From assembly GCA_007376295.1 (NCBI GenBank), contig VMGB01000001.1:349969-413968 (forward strand): DNA of 64,000 nt. Direction: 5' to 3'. A program made the position numbers and the translations under genes. Below the pieces are notes generated by a model. The model made no database searches and was not told the origin of the DNA. It saw only the letters and a program-made list of their open reading frames with translations. Positions 1 through 9,946 of the stretch are shown here, piece after piece. Source of the stretch: Parcubacteria group bacterium Gr01-1014_13 (GTDB lineage Bacteria; Patescibacteriota; Patescibacteriia; Magasanikbacterales; GWA2-37-8). How positions within the stretch are numbered: the stretch's first letter is position 1; every line of letters starts with the position of its first letter.

Positions 1-464
1 GATATTCTTGAATCAATGACATCTATATAAATTTCTCCCGGATGTTGCAACATCAGCTTTTCATTATAACCAACAAAATCAGAGCTACTGGGCAAATACT
101 TGTCCTCAACCCCATCAACGACTCGATAAAAAACATCTGGCTCGGGTAAATAATATCTTGATTCGTTTGGAGATAAATAACCTGACGGTTCAACTTTTGA
201 AACATCATATCCCCCTCCTCCCTTTATTGCTTTTTTCAACGGAACACAAACAGGTAGATCATCCTTTGCCTGTTGTCTAAATTCATAAAATAATTCCCTG
301 GATTTTTCATCAAGTTCTTCCGTAGGCTTAGATAATTCTTTGGATTGTCTTTCTAACGTCTGAAAATAAATTTTAAAGCTTACCCGAATATCTTTTGCCC
401 AATCGGGAAGTTCAGCTTGTTCTTTATCTTCATACCCTCCTCCGCCTTCACGAAATGGAGCCAT
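1..464 (-). CDS. hypothetical protein, 3' end runs off the window
   Basis: Not in ORF track. ATG at 464, 11 nt after the frr stop; frame stays open (MAPFREGGGGYEDKEQAELPDW...) to the window edge. Confidence 0.7.
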   Translation of the reverse strand, partial: MAPFREGGGGYEDKEQAELPDWAKDIRVSFKIYFQTLERQSKELSKPTEELDEKSRELFYEFRQQAKDDLPVCVPLKKAIKGGGGYDVSKVEPSGYLSPNESRYYLPEPDVFYRVVDGVEDKYLPSSSDFVGYNEKLMLQHPGEIYIDVIDSRI

Positions 465-475
465 AAAAAATAATT

Positions 476-1024
476 TTAAATCGTATTAATCTCCGCCTCT
501 TTCTTTTCAGTAATTTCTTTCACTTTATCATTGTAATCTTTTACCATTTTATCCAATTCTTCTTCTAAACGATACTTATCATCTTCAGTTACTTCGTTGC
601 CTTCCTCGGCAGACTTTATCATCTCTTTTACATCTTCACGAACTTTGCGCAAAGCAATTCTGGCAGTTTCTTCTTTTTGATGCAAAATTTTTATCAGTTC
701 CTGACGGCGTTCGCTGGTAAGTTCAGGTAAAAATATACGCACTTGACTGCCGGTATTTACCGGATTTATACCCAAACCAGAATCCCGCACCGCTTTTTCT
801 ATAGCACTCAAAACACCTTTGTCCCAAGGTTCAATATTTACTGTTTTGGCATCAGGGATATTTATTGAAGCCAAAGATTTTAAGGTTTGGTGCGTGCCGT
901 AGGCTTCTACCATAATATCTTCTACAATGGCAGCTGAAGCTCTACCTGTGCGCAGCCCGGAAATATCTTCCTTGAAAAAGCTGACCGCGCTCTCAAAATC
1001 TCCTTTAAAATCAGATATTTGCAT
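476..1024 (-). CDS. frr: ribosome recycling factor
   Basis: LRTGRA, GLGINP, PELTSERRQEL motifs; 182 aa. Confidence 0.97.
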   Translation of the reverse strand: MQISDFKGDFESAVSFFKEDISGLRTGRASAAIVEDIMVEAYGTHQTLKSLASINIPDAKTVNIEPWDKGVLSAIEKAVRDSGLGINPVNTGSQVRIFLPELTSERRQELIKILHQKEETARIALRKVREDVKEMIKSAEEGNEVTEDDKYRLEEELDKMVKDYNDKVKEITEKKEAEINTI

Positions 1025-1033
1025 AGGTATAAA

Positions 1034-2116
1034 TTAATCTAAAACTGTAAATCCTAAGAATAATAATTTACTATTTTCACGGCTCGTTACCAGGTCTACC
1101 GGTATAGTGTTAGTAGGCAGTTTTCTTGTTACCCAGTTTACTCCGCCATCTACGCTTTTGTAAAGAGTAGAGCGCACATTCTTGTTATTATCCCCTAAAA
1201 TTGTGCCGGTATAATAAAGTTCGTTAGGATTTCTTGGATTAAAGGCAAAACCGTAAATATTTACACTGCCTGGCGGCGTAAGCAATTTTATTTCACTCCA
1301 AGAGGCGCCGGCATTGTCGGATCGAAGTATCCCGTATTTAGAAATCCAGAATAAGCTGTCTTTTTGAGCGGTATTTAAAACAAATCGATTAAAACTTAAA
1401 CTGTCATTGAACTTTTCAAATCCATTTCCGGCATTAACCCAATTTTCACCGCCATCATCGGATCGATACAGCCCCTGGTTATACGCAGCAGCGTATAATC
1501 GGTTAGGGTTAAATGGATCTGCAACCAAATGACGCAGTTCAAAACCAAATCTCTTGATTATCCTCCAGCTCTGTCCGCCATCTCGACTGCGAAAAACATC
1601 TCCACCTAACTGCGCGCCGTAAATAATTTTGGAATCAGTTGTATCTACCGCTAAAGCCACAAATCTCTGGGTGGTTCTTTCTTCGGAGAATAGTAAATCA
1701 AAATTTCTCTGACAATCAGTGGTTTTAAAAATATGCTGACCATCGCTAACATAAATTGTACATTTGTCGCGCGGATCAACTGCTAAAGCGTAAATATATT
1801 TATTGGCTAGAGCAGCAGTTGCATTCCAAGTGTCGCCATTATCATAGCTATAGAACAAACCTTGGCCGCGTGTACCCATATATAAAGCTTTAGGGTCGCT
1901 AGGATCTGTGTAAATTTTGTATACCTTAGCTCCGGACAAACTTCTTACCCCTTGGGCGGTAAGCAGAGTTGATTTGGCTACCCAGGTTTCACCAGCATCA
2001 GCAGACCGAAAAACCCCCATTGGTCCTTGAGCAGTATTTACAAACTGAATACAACCGGCACCGGTAAGTACAAGCGCGGACAAAAGTCCGAGCAAAAGTT
2101 GAATTTTTTTGTGCAT
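1034..2116 (-). CDS. BNR/Asp-box (YCF48-like) beta-propeller lipoprotein
   Basis: Repeated S-x-D-x-G-x-(T/S/N)-W Asp-boxes; signal peptide ending LVLTGAGC. Confidence 0.85.
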   Translation of the reverse strand: MHKKIQLLLGLLSALVLTGAGCIQFVNTAQGPMGVFRSADAGETWVAKSTLLTAQGVRSLSGAKVYKIYTDPSDPKALYMGTRGQGLFYSYDNGDTWNATAALANKYIYALAVDPRDKCTIYVSDGQHIFKTTDCQRNFDLLFSEERTTQRFVALAVDTTDSKIIYGAQLGGDVFRSRDGGQSWRIIKRFGFELRHLVADPFNPNRLYAAAYNQGLYRSDDGGENWVNAGNGFEKFNDSLSFNRFVLNTAQKDSLFWISKYGILRSDNAGASWSEIKLLTPPGSVNIYGFAFNPRNPNELYYTGTILGDNNKNVRSTLYKSVDGGVNWVTRKLPTNTIPVDLVTSRENSKLLFLGFTVLD

Positions 2117-2121
2117 ATCGT

Positions 2122-3048
2122 TTAATTAAAACTTAACAAAATTTGTTCAACGACTAGGCGCGGATTTATATTTTGCGCCAGTAAAATTTGTGATTTTTTA
2201 AAATTATCTACTAAGCCGGCCATTTCAGATAAAGACAGTCCTTCATTTTTTTGCGGATTAGCTACTTTTTCTAAAATTTTTTCTCTCCAGAGCACTGTCC
2301 AGGTCTGCAAAGCATCGGAAAGTTTTTCGCTAGTGCGGAGATTGTCGGTTTTTTCGTTAAATAAATCCTCGACCGCTTTTATTTTTTTATAAAATGGCGC
2401 TCCTGATATTTTTTGCCAGCGTTCTATTTCCATATTAAAATTTTTCCGCAACCCTTCATCAGTCGCTGCCATTACTGCTCGCCCCGGTCTGCCCCAAGAT
2501 AATTTTGTAGATTCGGCGGCCAGCTCTTGAGCATAACCCAGCTTTACCAAACCATTTTCGATAACTTTTTCATCTACAGATGAAAAATAGAACATCTGAC
2601 AACGCGAACGGATGGTAGCCAACAATTCATTGTCATCGGTAGTTAACAAAAAAAATACTCTTTGTTTCCCAGCTTCTTCCAGACTTTTCAGCAAGGCATT
2701 GCCTGACTCTTCATTTAACAACTCTGCTTCGTCTATTACTATCACCTGATAACCGCCAAACCAGGATCTCCGGCCCAATTTTTCCTTTAGCTGTCGAACT
2801 TGGGCAATACCAATATCTTTTTTTAGTTTTTCCGTTTTTTCGTCTACTTGGCGGCTAAGATAATAAAAATCTGGATGCGTATCCAGTTGTTTGTCAGTTA
2901 TTTTTAATACTTGCGCAGCCAAATATTTAGCTACTGTTTTTTTACCCACACTCTCGGTGCCAACAAAACAATAAGACTGGGACAGCGCGCTGTTGGCTAT
3001 CACCTTGTCAAAAAATGAGATAATTTTTTCGTGGCCGATAAGGGACAT
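2122..3048 (-). CDS. holB: DNA polymerase III delta' subunit
   Basis: LIGHE start, GTESVGKKT P-loop, HPDF, IDEAE, NALLKSLEE, TIRSRCQ. Confidence 0.9.
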   Translation of the reverse strand: MSLIGHEKIISFFDKVIANSALSQSYCFVGTESVGKKTVAKYLAAQVLKITDKQLDTHPDFYYLSRQVDEKTEKLKKDIGIAQVRQLKEKLGRRSWFGGYQVIVIDEAELLNEESGNALLKSLEEAGKQRVFFLLTTDDNELLATIRSRCQMFYFSSVDEKVIENGLVKLGYAQELAAESTKLSWGRPGRAVMAATDEGLRKNFNMEIERWQKISGAPFYKKIKAVEDLFNEKTDNLRTSEKLSDALQTWTVLWREKILEKVANPQKNEGLSLSEMAGLVDNFKKSQILLAQNINPRLVVEQILLSFN

Positions 3049-3092
3049 TTTATTTACGAAATGAGCTCCTCGGAGCTTGCTCCGAACAGCCT

Positions 3093-3470
3093 TTATTTTA
3101 ATTTAGACCTGACTTTTTCTACTACGTCATTTATATTCCAATCCGCTTTCACTAAATACTCATACACTCCGTGTTCCATTGCCTCCGCCACCTTCTTTCC
3201 ATCGCTCAAATTGGTGAGTAGTATTACCTGTGCGTTTTTCCCCCAGGAATCTTCACGTAATTTCCTTAACATAGTCATGCCATCCATAACAGGCATCACA
3301 ATATCCAACAAAATTAAATCAGGATGATGACGCAAAGCCTGTTCCAAACCAACCTCGCCGTTTGGAGCTTGTATAATCTCAAATTTTTCGATGCTAAATT
3401 TCTGGGACAAAACTCCCAAAAGATCCACTTCGTCTTCCACGATAAGAATTTTATTTCTAGTTTTGGCCAT
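3093..3470 (-). CDS. single-domain response regulator
   Basis: ILIVEDE, LILLDIVMPVMDG, LTN, YLVK receiver motifs. Confidence 0.93.
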   Translation of the reverse strand: MAKTRNKILIVEDEVDLLGVLSQKFSIEKFEIIQAPNGEVGLEQALRHHPDLILLDIVMPVMDGMTMLRKLREDSWGKNAQVILLTNLSDGKKVAEAMEHGVYEYLVKADWNINDVVEKVRSKLK

Positions 3471-3497
3471 ACAATAAATTTATGTTAAATAACTAGA

Positions 3498-4826
3498 TTA
3501 AACAACTAGCTCTTTTTCACCGACAACTTTTTTCATGCCGCCTTTAGGAATAGTGAAGTGAAACGCGCTCCCTTTTCCTTCGATTGATTCAAACCAGATT
3601 TTTCCTCCGCTTATTTCTACTATTAATTTGACTATGTACAAACCGAGTCCCGTTCCGCCGGTATAAAATTTAATGGCGTTATCGGCACGGAAAAACTTGT
3701 CAAAAATTTTATTTTGGACATCGGCGGGAATGCCTATTCCCTCGTCAACCACGTCAATCTGATAATACTCTTCTATTTCTTTAAAATCAACTTTTGTTTT
3801 GCACTTCCTTGGTTTGGAATAGTGAACAGCATTGTTTAATAAGTTTAAAAGAGCCTGTCTAAACAAAACCGTATCCACATTGATCAGAGGCAGTGGCCGA
3901 AACGGTTTATTGAATATAATAGCGCAATTTTTGGCCTCGGCGTAAGCAGAAACCTCGGAAATAATACTGGAAATTGTCGCTATTATATCTGTCGGCTTTG
4001 GTTCGACTTTAATTTTTTCGGCATCCAAACGCGAAATATTAAGCAAAGAATTGATGAGGGTAGCCATACGCTTTTCTCCGCGTTCTATTTCAGATAAGTA
4101 CCGTTTTTGCTCTGATGTTAAATTATCATTATTCTCGCCTCTTAACAGTTCCGCGTTCCACTTTATAACTGTAAGCGGGGTGCGTAATTGATGGGAAGCA
4201 AAAGAAATAAAATCTGTCTTCAATTGTTCCGCTTCTTTGAGCTTGGTAATATCTCTTTCCACTCCAACAAAAAACTGTATATCGCCTTTACTGTCTAAAA
4301 TTGGCGCGATTCTTAGTTCGGCCGTATAGGCCTGGCCATTTTTTCGATGATTTACTACGTCGACAATAAAAGTATGTGTTTGGCCGTTTTTTCGATAATT
4401 TGTCAATTCGCCGACAAAAGGCTTCTTTTCTGTTTTTATAGTATGCCACATCTTCTCATAAAAATCTTTTGACATGTTTCCACCCCAAAGCTCTCCGGCC
4501 TTTTTCCCTATAGCTTCTTCCGCTTTGTAGCCGGTAATATTCTCGGCGGCTTTATTCAGATACAAAATAACGCTATTTTTATCGGTAATCATGATGTGAT
4601 CGGACTCGCTGTCTACGGCCAGCTTAAATTTATCCAAGTCTTTGGCTAATCTACTAGTCGTTCTATTTAAAAAATAAATAAAAAACGCTCCTTCCAACAA
4701 AATTAATGCTATAATATGCGCTGTCTTGTTATTTAGGCTTAACCAACCCGCCACCGCCGCTAAAAATACTGCCATTAAACTCAATGTAGCGAATGGTCGT
4801 GTCTTTGTTTTAAAAATATTAAGCAT
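3498..4826 (-). CDS. PAS-domain sensor histidine kinase
   Basis: Two N-terminal TM helices, PAS domain, ASHQLRTPLT H-box, NLLNNA, DEGIGIP and GTGLGL boxes. Confidence 0.93.
   Translation of the reverse strand: MLNIFKTKTRPFATLSLMAVFLAAVAGWLSLNNKTAHIIALILLEGAFFIYFLNRTTSRLAKDLDKFKLAVDSESDHIMITDKNSVILYLNKAAENITGYKAEEAIGKKAGELWGGNMSKDFYEKMWHTIKTEKKPFVGELTNYRKNGQTHTFIVDVVNHRKNGQAYTAELRIAPILDSKGDIQFFVGVERDITKLKEAEQLKTDFISFASHQLRTPLTVIKWNAELLRGENNDNLTSEQKRYLSEIERGEKRMATLINSLLNISRLDAEKIKVEPKPTDIIATISSIISEVSAYAEAKNCAIIFNKPFRPLPLINVDTVLFRQALLNLLNNAVHYSKPRKCKTKVDFKEIEEYYQIDVVDEGIGIPADVQNKIFDKFFRADNAIKFYTGGTGLGLYIVKLIVEISGGKIWFESIEGKGSAFHFTIPKGGMKKVVGEKELVV
4323..4418. repeat. degenerate 2 x 48 bp in-frame tandem duplication in the PAS domain
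   Basis: 4323-4370 vs 4371-4418: 33/48 identical by manual alignment; FVGELTNYRKNGQTHT / FIVDVVNHRKNGQAYT. Confidence 0.8.
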
Positions 4827-4887
4827 AATTTTTTCGTAATCTATATTATATTATAACATAGATACAAAAAAACCTAAATCTCCGCGC

Positions 4888-5895
4888 CTATTTTGTCGCC
4901 AAAATGCTTCTTTTATAATTTTCCAAATTATCCAAAGCAATCCCCACGCCTTTGGCAACGCAAAGCAGTGGCTCTTCGGCCACATAAGTAGCCACGCCAG
5001 TTGCTTGAGCAATAAGTTCATTTAAATTTCGCAGCATCGCCGAACCGCCCGATAAAATTATGCCTTTGTCTATAACGTCCGCCGAGAGTTCCGGCGGAGT
5101 TTTATGTAAAACTTCTTTGATGGCTTCAATTAAATTTCCTAAGTCGTGCTGCAAAGCTTCGGTAGTATCATCAGAATTTACTGTAATAGTTTTTGGTAAA
5201 CCAGAAATCATATCCCGGCCTTTCAACTCATAGGTTAAAGGTTTGTCCATATACATCGCCGAACCAATTTTTATTTTTATTTCTTCGGCCGATCTTTCGC
5301 CAATGGACAAATTATATTTATGACGAATATATTCTATGATAGCCTGATCAAATTTGTTTCCGCCAATTCGCGCTGATCCCCAAGAAACAATTCCACCCAA
5401 AGATATTACGGCGATTTCCGATGTTCCACCACCAATATCTATAATCATATGCCCAGAAGCCGCGCCAATAGGGATATCTGCGCCAATAGCAGCCACCACT
5501 GGCTCTTTGATGATATATGCAGCACGGGCACCAGCCGCGATAGTAGCGTCAATTACCGCTCTTCTTTCCGTAGAAGTAATCCCAGCGGGCACTGTTACCA
5601 TTACCTCAGGGCGAAAAAGGTGGACTCCCCCTAAAGCTTTGTTTATAAAATACCTAAGCATCGCTTCGGTAGTATGATAATTGGCAATCACGCCGTCTTT
5701 TAATGGTCTTTCAGCAACTATAGAATCAGGAGCGCGGCCAATCATGTCTTTAGCTTCCAGTCCTACGGCCAATACTTTGCCGTCTACTTTGGACACAGCC
5801 ACCACACTAGGCTCGTTTATTACAATGCCTTTTTTCGGCACATACACCAAAACATTGGTGGTCCCCAAATCAATACCAATTTTTTTGATGAACAT
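4888..5895 (-). CDS. mreB: rod shape-determining protein MreB
   Basis: GIDLGTTN, NEPSVVA, RPLKDGVIA, DIGGGTSE, LSGG motifs. Confidence 0.96.
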   Translation of the reverse strand: MFIKKIGIDLGTTNVLVYVPKKGIVINEPSVVAVSKVDGKVLAVGLEAKDMIGRAPDSIVAERPLKDGVIANYHTTEAMLRYFINKALGGVHLFRPEVMVTVPAGITSTERRAVIDATIAAGARAAYIIKEPVVAAIGADIPIGAASGHMIIDIGGGTSEIAVISLGGIVSWGSARIGGNKFDQAIIEYIRHKYNLSIGERSAEEIKIKIGSAMYMDKPLTYELKGRDMISGLPKTITVNSDDTTEALQHDLGNLIEAIKEVLHKTPPELSADVIDKGIILSGGSAMLRNLNELIAQATGVATYVAEEPLLCVAKGVGIALDNLENYKRSILATK

Positions 5896-5910
5896 AAATA
5901 AAAGTGGTAA

Positions 5911-7335
5911 CTAGTTCAAATTAACTTTGAAGTCCCTGTCTAACCGTAAATCTGTTTTGTAATTATAAATTTGATTTCCTAAATCTGTTTTGACTTCCCC
6001 AGGTTCCGCGGAAGATATATTTTTACCAAAGTTAAGATCCAGAGTCAATCCGCTAGCGATAGTTCCTGCTTGTTTTTGAACAAATAAATTATATGAATTC
6101 TTTTTTATTTTCTCAACCACTGTTGGTGATAAATAAAATTGCCAAACCAACTCACCAGTTTTGCCCGGCTCGATAGAAGTAAATGTGCCAAACCATTGCT
6201 TGCCGTTTTCTACTCCCTGATCTACAACGCCCGGTTCGGTTGTGCGGTCCTTTTTCATGCTTCCTAACACAGAAACAAACTGGCTCCCCGCAGGCAAAAA
6301 TACCCGAGCATAAGTTCTGTATCTAGTAGTAAATTTAGTAAAAGTTCCTTTGTTGGTATATTTCATTTTAACAGTGGCAATATATCTACCACTAGTGGTT
6401 GGCGCAAATGAATAAGACAGTTCACGATCCATCACTTTATCAGTTTTTAAAGCTGCCAAGTTAGCGTCTACCCACAACAGATAATCGCCTGAGGTTTGCT
6501 TCATTTCTCCAGCCCAATTTTTTGCTAATAAAACACTTTGTGTTTCCGGATCAGTGGAATAAGCAATAATATGTTTTTCTGCTAACATTCTCTGGCTTAG
6601 AGCCCAATACTGCGACCAATGTTTTAAAATGTCTCCGCGAATACGGGCCATCAAAGCATGGGTTAAATCCGCCAAAACTTTTTTACGTTCATCAAAATGC
6701 AGTCCTTGATCGGCATAACCAAACTCAACCTCATATTCCAATTTTTCTGTAAAATTCTCTGCAGTAAATACTTGGCCATTTACCGTAATAGGTCCGCCGA
6801 TTTTTAGAACTTCTTCTAACAGAGTTGGGGTAATACCAATTACTCCGGTAATATCTTCGGCTGCCGTACCCCTTTCTTTTTTAAACAGATCCATTCCTTT
6901 TATAGACGAACTGGCAAAATCTGGAGACCAGTTGCTGTCGCGAAAGCCCCATCTTTTTATAGATAAATATTTTTGCAGCGGCTCGGGCGGCACAGACGGG
7001 AAATCTTGCGGACTACGATTATCTAAAATTTCGGTTCCTTCCACTTTTAAAATTTCCGGCATACCCTTGTTGACCCGTACCACACCATAAGCGCCGATAA
7101 ATCCCCCACCCGGACGAATTTCTGTGTTGTTTAAAAATAAAATAAGATATGTTTGCGGCTGGGAAAAACCAAGAACCTTTTGAATAAGATTACTTTCGTT
7201 GACATTGGAGGTAATCTTCTTACTTACTTGCTCTACCACCACGCTTTGCAATTTGCCGGAACGATACCAAGAACGCAGGGTTAGAGCTCCTGCCACCAAA
7301 CCAACTACAAGTAAAAGAAGGATGTATTTACGCAT
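5911..7335 (-). CDS. DUF4012 domain membrane-anchored protein
   Basis: N-terminal TM; LFLNNTEIRPGGGFIG and RDSNWSPDF motifs typical of DUF4012. Confidence 0.8.
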   Translation of the reverse strand: MRKYILLLLVVGLVAGALTLRSWYRSGKLQSVVVEQVSKKITSNVNESNLIQKVLGFSQPQTYLILFLNNTEIRPGGGFIGAYGVVRVNKGMPEILKVEGTEILDNRSPQDFPSVPPEPLQKYLSIKRWGFRDSNWSPDFASSSIKGMDLFKKERGTAAEDITGVIGITPTLLEEVLKIGGPITVNGQVFTAENFTEKLEYEVEFGYADQGLHFDERKKVLADLTHALMARIRGDILKHWSQYWALSQRMLAEKHIIAYSTDPETQSVLLAKNWAGEMKQTSGDYLLWVDANLAALKTDKVMDRELSYSFAPTTSGRYIATVKMKYTNKGTFTKFTTRYRTYARVFLPAGSQFVSVLGSMKKDRTTEPGVVDQGVENGKQWFGTFTSIEPGKTGELVWQFYLSPTVVEKIKKNSYNLFVQKQAGTIASGLTLDLNFGKNISSAEPGEVKTDLGNQIYNYKTDLRLDRDFKVNLN

Positions 7336-7345
7336 GAATTTTGGG

Positions 7346-8830
7346 TTAAGTTCTTTTTTTCACCGATACATTGAAACCTAAATATTTTCCAAACATCAAA
7401 TGAGTAACTGCGTCCAAACAAGGAAGAGAGGAAAACAAAATCAAAGAAACCGGAACCAGCGCCCACTGCAAAACCATGAATAAATATTGATGGCGCGGTT
7501 GATTTCCCGGGCGTCTGGGTAGTATTAGCATACTCATTATTGCCGAAACAAACAAGCCCATCATGGCCAAAGTCATCAACACTTCCAAAATATTTGGGGC
7601 ATTAAAGAATAGTGCGCTCTGCCGAACTTCATCACCCGCTACCCAAAGCGGCAGACGGCCGATGAGCGTAATTAAAATAGCCACTACAGCCCAACTCCAC
7701 TTACCTTCCCATTCATGAAAAAGAGTGGTAAATTTTTTTATCCAGCTAATTTTTTTGTTTTTACGAAACTGCCACAACAAGTAAGGAATATGTTCGGTGC
7801 CCCAAGCCCAACGTCGCTGTTGTAAATATAAATTTTTTAAACTTTTCCACCAGCTCTCATCGCGCACTGTATCCATAGAAACAGGAATATAAAGCGGCGT
7901 GACTTCGTAATCTCCATTATACCTCAACCAACACTGATAAAAAATACGCGAATCTTCGCTGATAATATCTTTGCTATGGCCGCCACAATCCATAATCGCT
8001 TTAAAGCTCATGCTGTGCGAAGAAAAAGTAATTAAGTTATCTAATCTGGCCAAACTAAACAGCATCCAAAAACTGGTACCAAACGCCATAATACGAATTA
8101 TTGCCGGCGATTCCCAGAGATTGTTGTTATACAAAGTTAGCGGTTGAAACGAACTGCGTTCCGGGCGAGGGTGTTTACAATATAAATAGGACAGATGGGC
8201 AAAGTACTGAGGATGAACAATAGTGTCGATATCAAAAATGGACGCGATAATGTCGGCATAATCCCAACCGCGAGCATCGGCATATTTTTGGAATTCCATT
8301 TCCGCATTATGGATATTAGAACCTTTACCAGGGATTTCATCGGGCAAATTATCAGGGTGCGTATAAAAAATTAAATCGGCAAATTTACCGGCATAACTTT
8401 CAGCTATGCGGGTCTGCATTTTTTGCCAATGCTCTAATTTTCGTCCTTCTCCGGAAATAACCAAATAAATTTTACTAGCTGGGTAGGTAGACGCTAAAAA
8501 ACTATTCAATGTTGATTCAATCACTTCCCAACCTTCATTGTATAAGGGCAAAAAAATAACATTTTTTCTTTTCTCCCAAAGCGGAAATTCTCTGGTCAAA
8601 CTTTCAAACCAATCGGCACGGATAGCCTTACGAAAACGCCGCCATGATAAAAATAGATAAAAAGAAAAATAGATAACCCGCAGTACCCAGTAAACATCGA
8701 AAATTAAAATAAAATAAATCATCCATAAAGGTTTTATGAATGATAAAGTTATGCTGACAATTAAAGTCAGCCAAATAGTGAGGCCAGGTAAAATTTCGTA
8801 TAAACGATAACGATGATAATTTGAAAGCAT
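7346..8830 (-). CDS. multi-TM processive-type GT2 glycosyltransferase
   Basis: PLYNE, DID, SED and QQRRW motifs with flanking TM helices. Confidence 0.85.
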   Translation of the reverse strand: MLSNYHRYRLYEILPGLTIWLTLIVSITLSFIKPLWMIYFILIFDVYWVLRVIYFSFYLFLSWRRFRKAIRADWFESLTREFPLWEKRKNVIFLPLYNEGWEVIESTLNSFLASTYPASKIYLVISGEGRKLEHWQKMQTRIAESYAGKFADLIFYTHPDNLPDEIPGKGSNIHNAEMEFQKYADARGWDYADIIASIFDIDTIVHPQYFAHLSYLYCKHPRPERSSFQPLTLYNNNLWESPAIIRIMAFGTSFWMLFSLARLDNLITFSSHSMSFKAIMDCGGHSKDIISEDSRIFYQCWLRYNGDYEVTPLYIPVSMDTVRDESWWKSLKNLYLQQRRWAWGTEHIPYLLWQFRKNKKISWIKKFTTLFHEWEGKWSWAVVAILITLIGRLPLWVAGDEVRQSALFFNAPNILEVLMTLAMMGLFVSAIMSMLILPRRPGNQPRHQYLFMVLQWALVPVSLILFSSLPCLDAVTHLMFGKYLGFNVSVKKRT

Positions 8831-8834
8831 AATT

Positions 8835-9206
8835 TTAGCCTATACGCGCTTCCCCGCTATATGTGGGAATAACGTATTTACCTACCACGGCTGATTTGGC
8901 TAATTCAAGAGCGGCTGTTTGATCAAAATTTTTAGGCAAAGCTACTGCCGGTATTTTTAAACTATATGCCAGCGTATTTACTGTTGTCACTGCCAACCGG
9001 GAAGCTGTAAACCGTCCTGCGCCCACAACTACACCTAAGTACTTAATATCTTTTCGGGTTAGCTTCAAACTTGATAGTAATTTATCCAAAAAAATTAATA
9101 CATCTCTATTGTCCTTTGTTTCAAAAATTCGTTGAATAAATTTGTTATCCAACGAAAAATCAAAGATTACTTTGCCTTCTTCTGTATTATCAACAATCAA
9201 AAACAT
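8835..9206 (-). CDS. tsaB: short TsaB/YeaZ-like protein (t6A tRNA modification)
   Basis: VVGAGRFTASRL resembles the TsaB GPGSFTGLR motif; only 123 aa. Confidence 0.65.
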   Translation of the reverse strand: MFLIVDNTEEGKVIFDFSLDNKFIQRIFETKDNRDVLIFLDKLLSSLKLTRKDIKYLGVVVGAGRFTASRLAVTTVNTLAYSLKIPAVALPKNFDQTAALELAKSAVVGKYVIPTYSGEARIG

Positions 9207-9224
9207 ACGTTTTTTTGATAACTA

Positions 9225-9833
9225 TTATAGCTGACTAAGTTCGTCTATAACACTGACATGTTTAGCTTCAAAGATGCTGTATAAGAACTTATCGCCTATC
9301 TCTCTGCGGTCGTTCCATTCTTTTTGGGTCATAATGGTGTAGCGCAAAGATTTACCCAGCTTCTTTTCAAATTCACTAATAAGCTTTGATACCAAAACCG
9401 GCTTGATTTCTCCCACCAATAAAATATCTGTTTCTACACTCTTGGCATCGGTAAAACAGCCGGTAAACAATAACACCTTTATCTTGCCGGCTTTTTCTTT
9501 CAAAAGATCAATTAATTCCCGCTCATACAACATCTGCGCTTTGAAGAGTAAAGACTTCATTTCTGGATATAACAAACAAGCTGGATCTAGCTTATAGTAT
9601 TTAGAGCGGCCAGTACCCACGCCTTCCGCTACCTCTACTTTATCTATGGCCATAGGCATTATCAGGCCAACCTGTTCCAAATTGGCCAGCTCTCTTCTGA
9701 TGGCATTAAGTTGGGATTCGGCCAACCGAGCTAGCTCTCGAACATAAAAAGGCCGTTCGGGTGAATGGAAAAAGATATATAAAAGCTTTACCCTGGTCTT
9801 TGAACCAAAAAGTTGTTCAAGCATATTTTGCAC
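9225..9833 (-). CDS. winged-HTH regulator with degenerate nucleotidyltransferase-like C-terminal domain
   Basis: LFGSKTRVKLL...YVRELAR...IRRELANL wHTH; TGCF...TDILLVG resembles a minimal NTase fold. Confidence 0.7.
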   Translation of the reverse strand: MQNMLEQLFGSKTRVKLLYIFFHSPERPFYVRELARLAESQLNAIRRELANLEQVGLIMPMAIDKVEVAEGVGTGRSKYYKLDPACLLYPEMKSLLFKAQMLYERELIDLLKEKAGKIKVLLFTGCFTDAKSVETDILLVGEIKPVLVSKLISEFEKKLGKSLRYTIMTQKEWNDRREIGDKFLYSIFEAKHVSVIDELSQL

Positions 9834-9877
9834 CTAAAGATCTATGTATATTAATGAAGTCTTAGTCCTTGTTTATT

Positions 9878-9927
9878 TTTACATTTTAAGGCCAGTATAG
9901 TATAATTATAATGACTTAAAAAGTCAA
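9878..9927. promoter_or_regulatory. overlapping divergent sigma70 promoters with inverted repeat
   Basis: + strand TTTACA(9878)-17-TATAAT(9901); - strand TTGACT(9927)-17-TATACT(9904); TGACTT-AAA-AAGTCA at 9912-9926. Confidence 0.65.
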
Positions 9928-9946
9928 AATCAAGCTAAACAATCCC

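Noticed and set aside
4323-4418. Possible DGR template/variable repeat pair
   Set aside because: Mismatches are not restricted to adenines, the copies are adjacent and in frame, and no reverse transcriptase is present
8835-9206. tsaB as a pseudogene
   Set aside because: Clean start and stop, tight operon spacing and no remnant of a missing half; better read as a naturally short form
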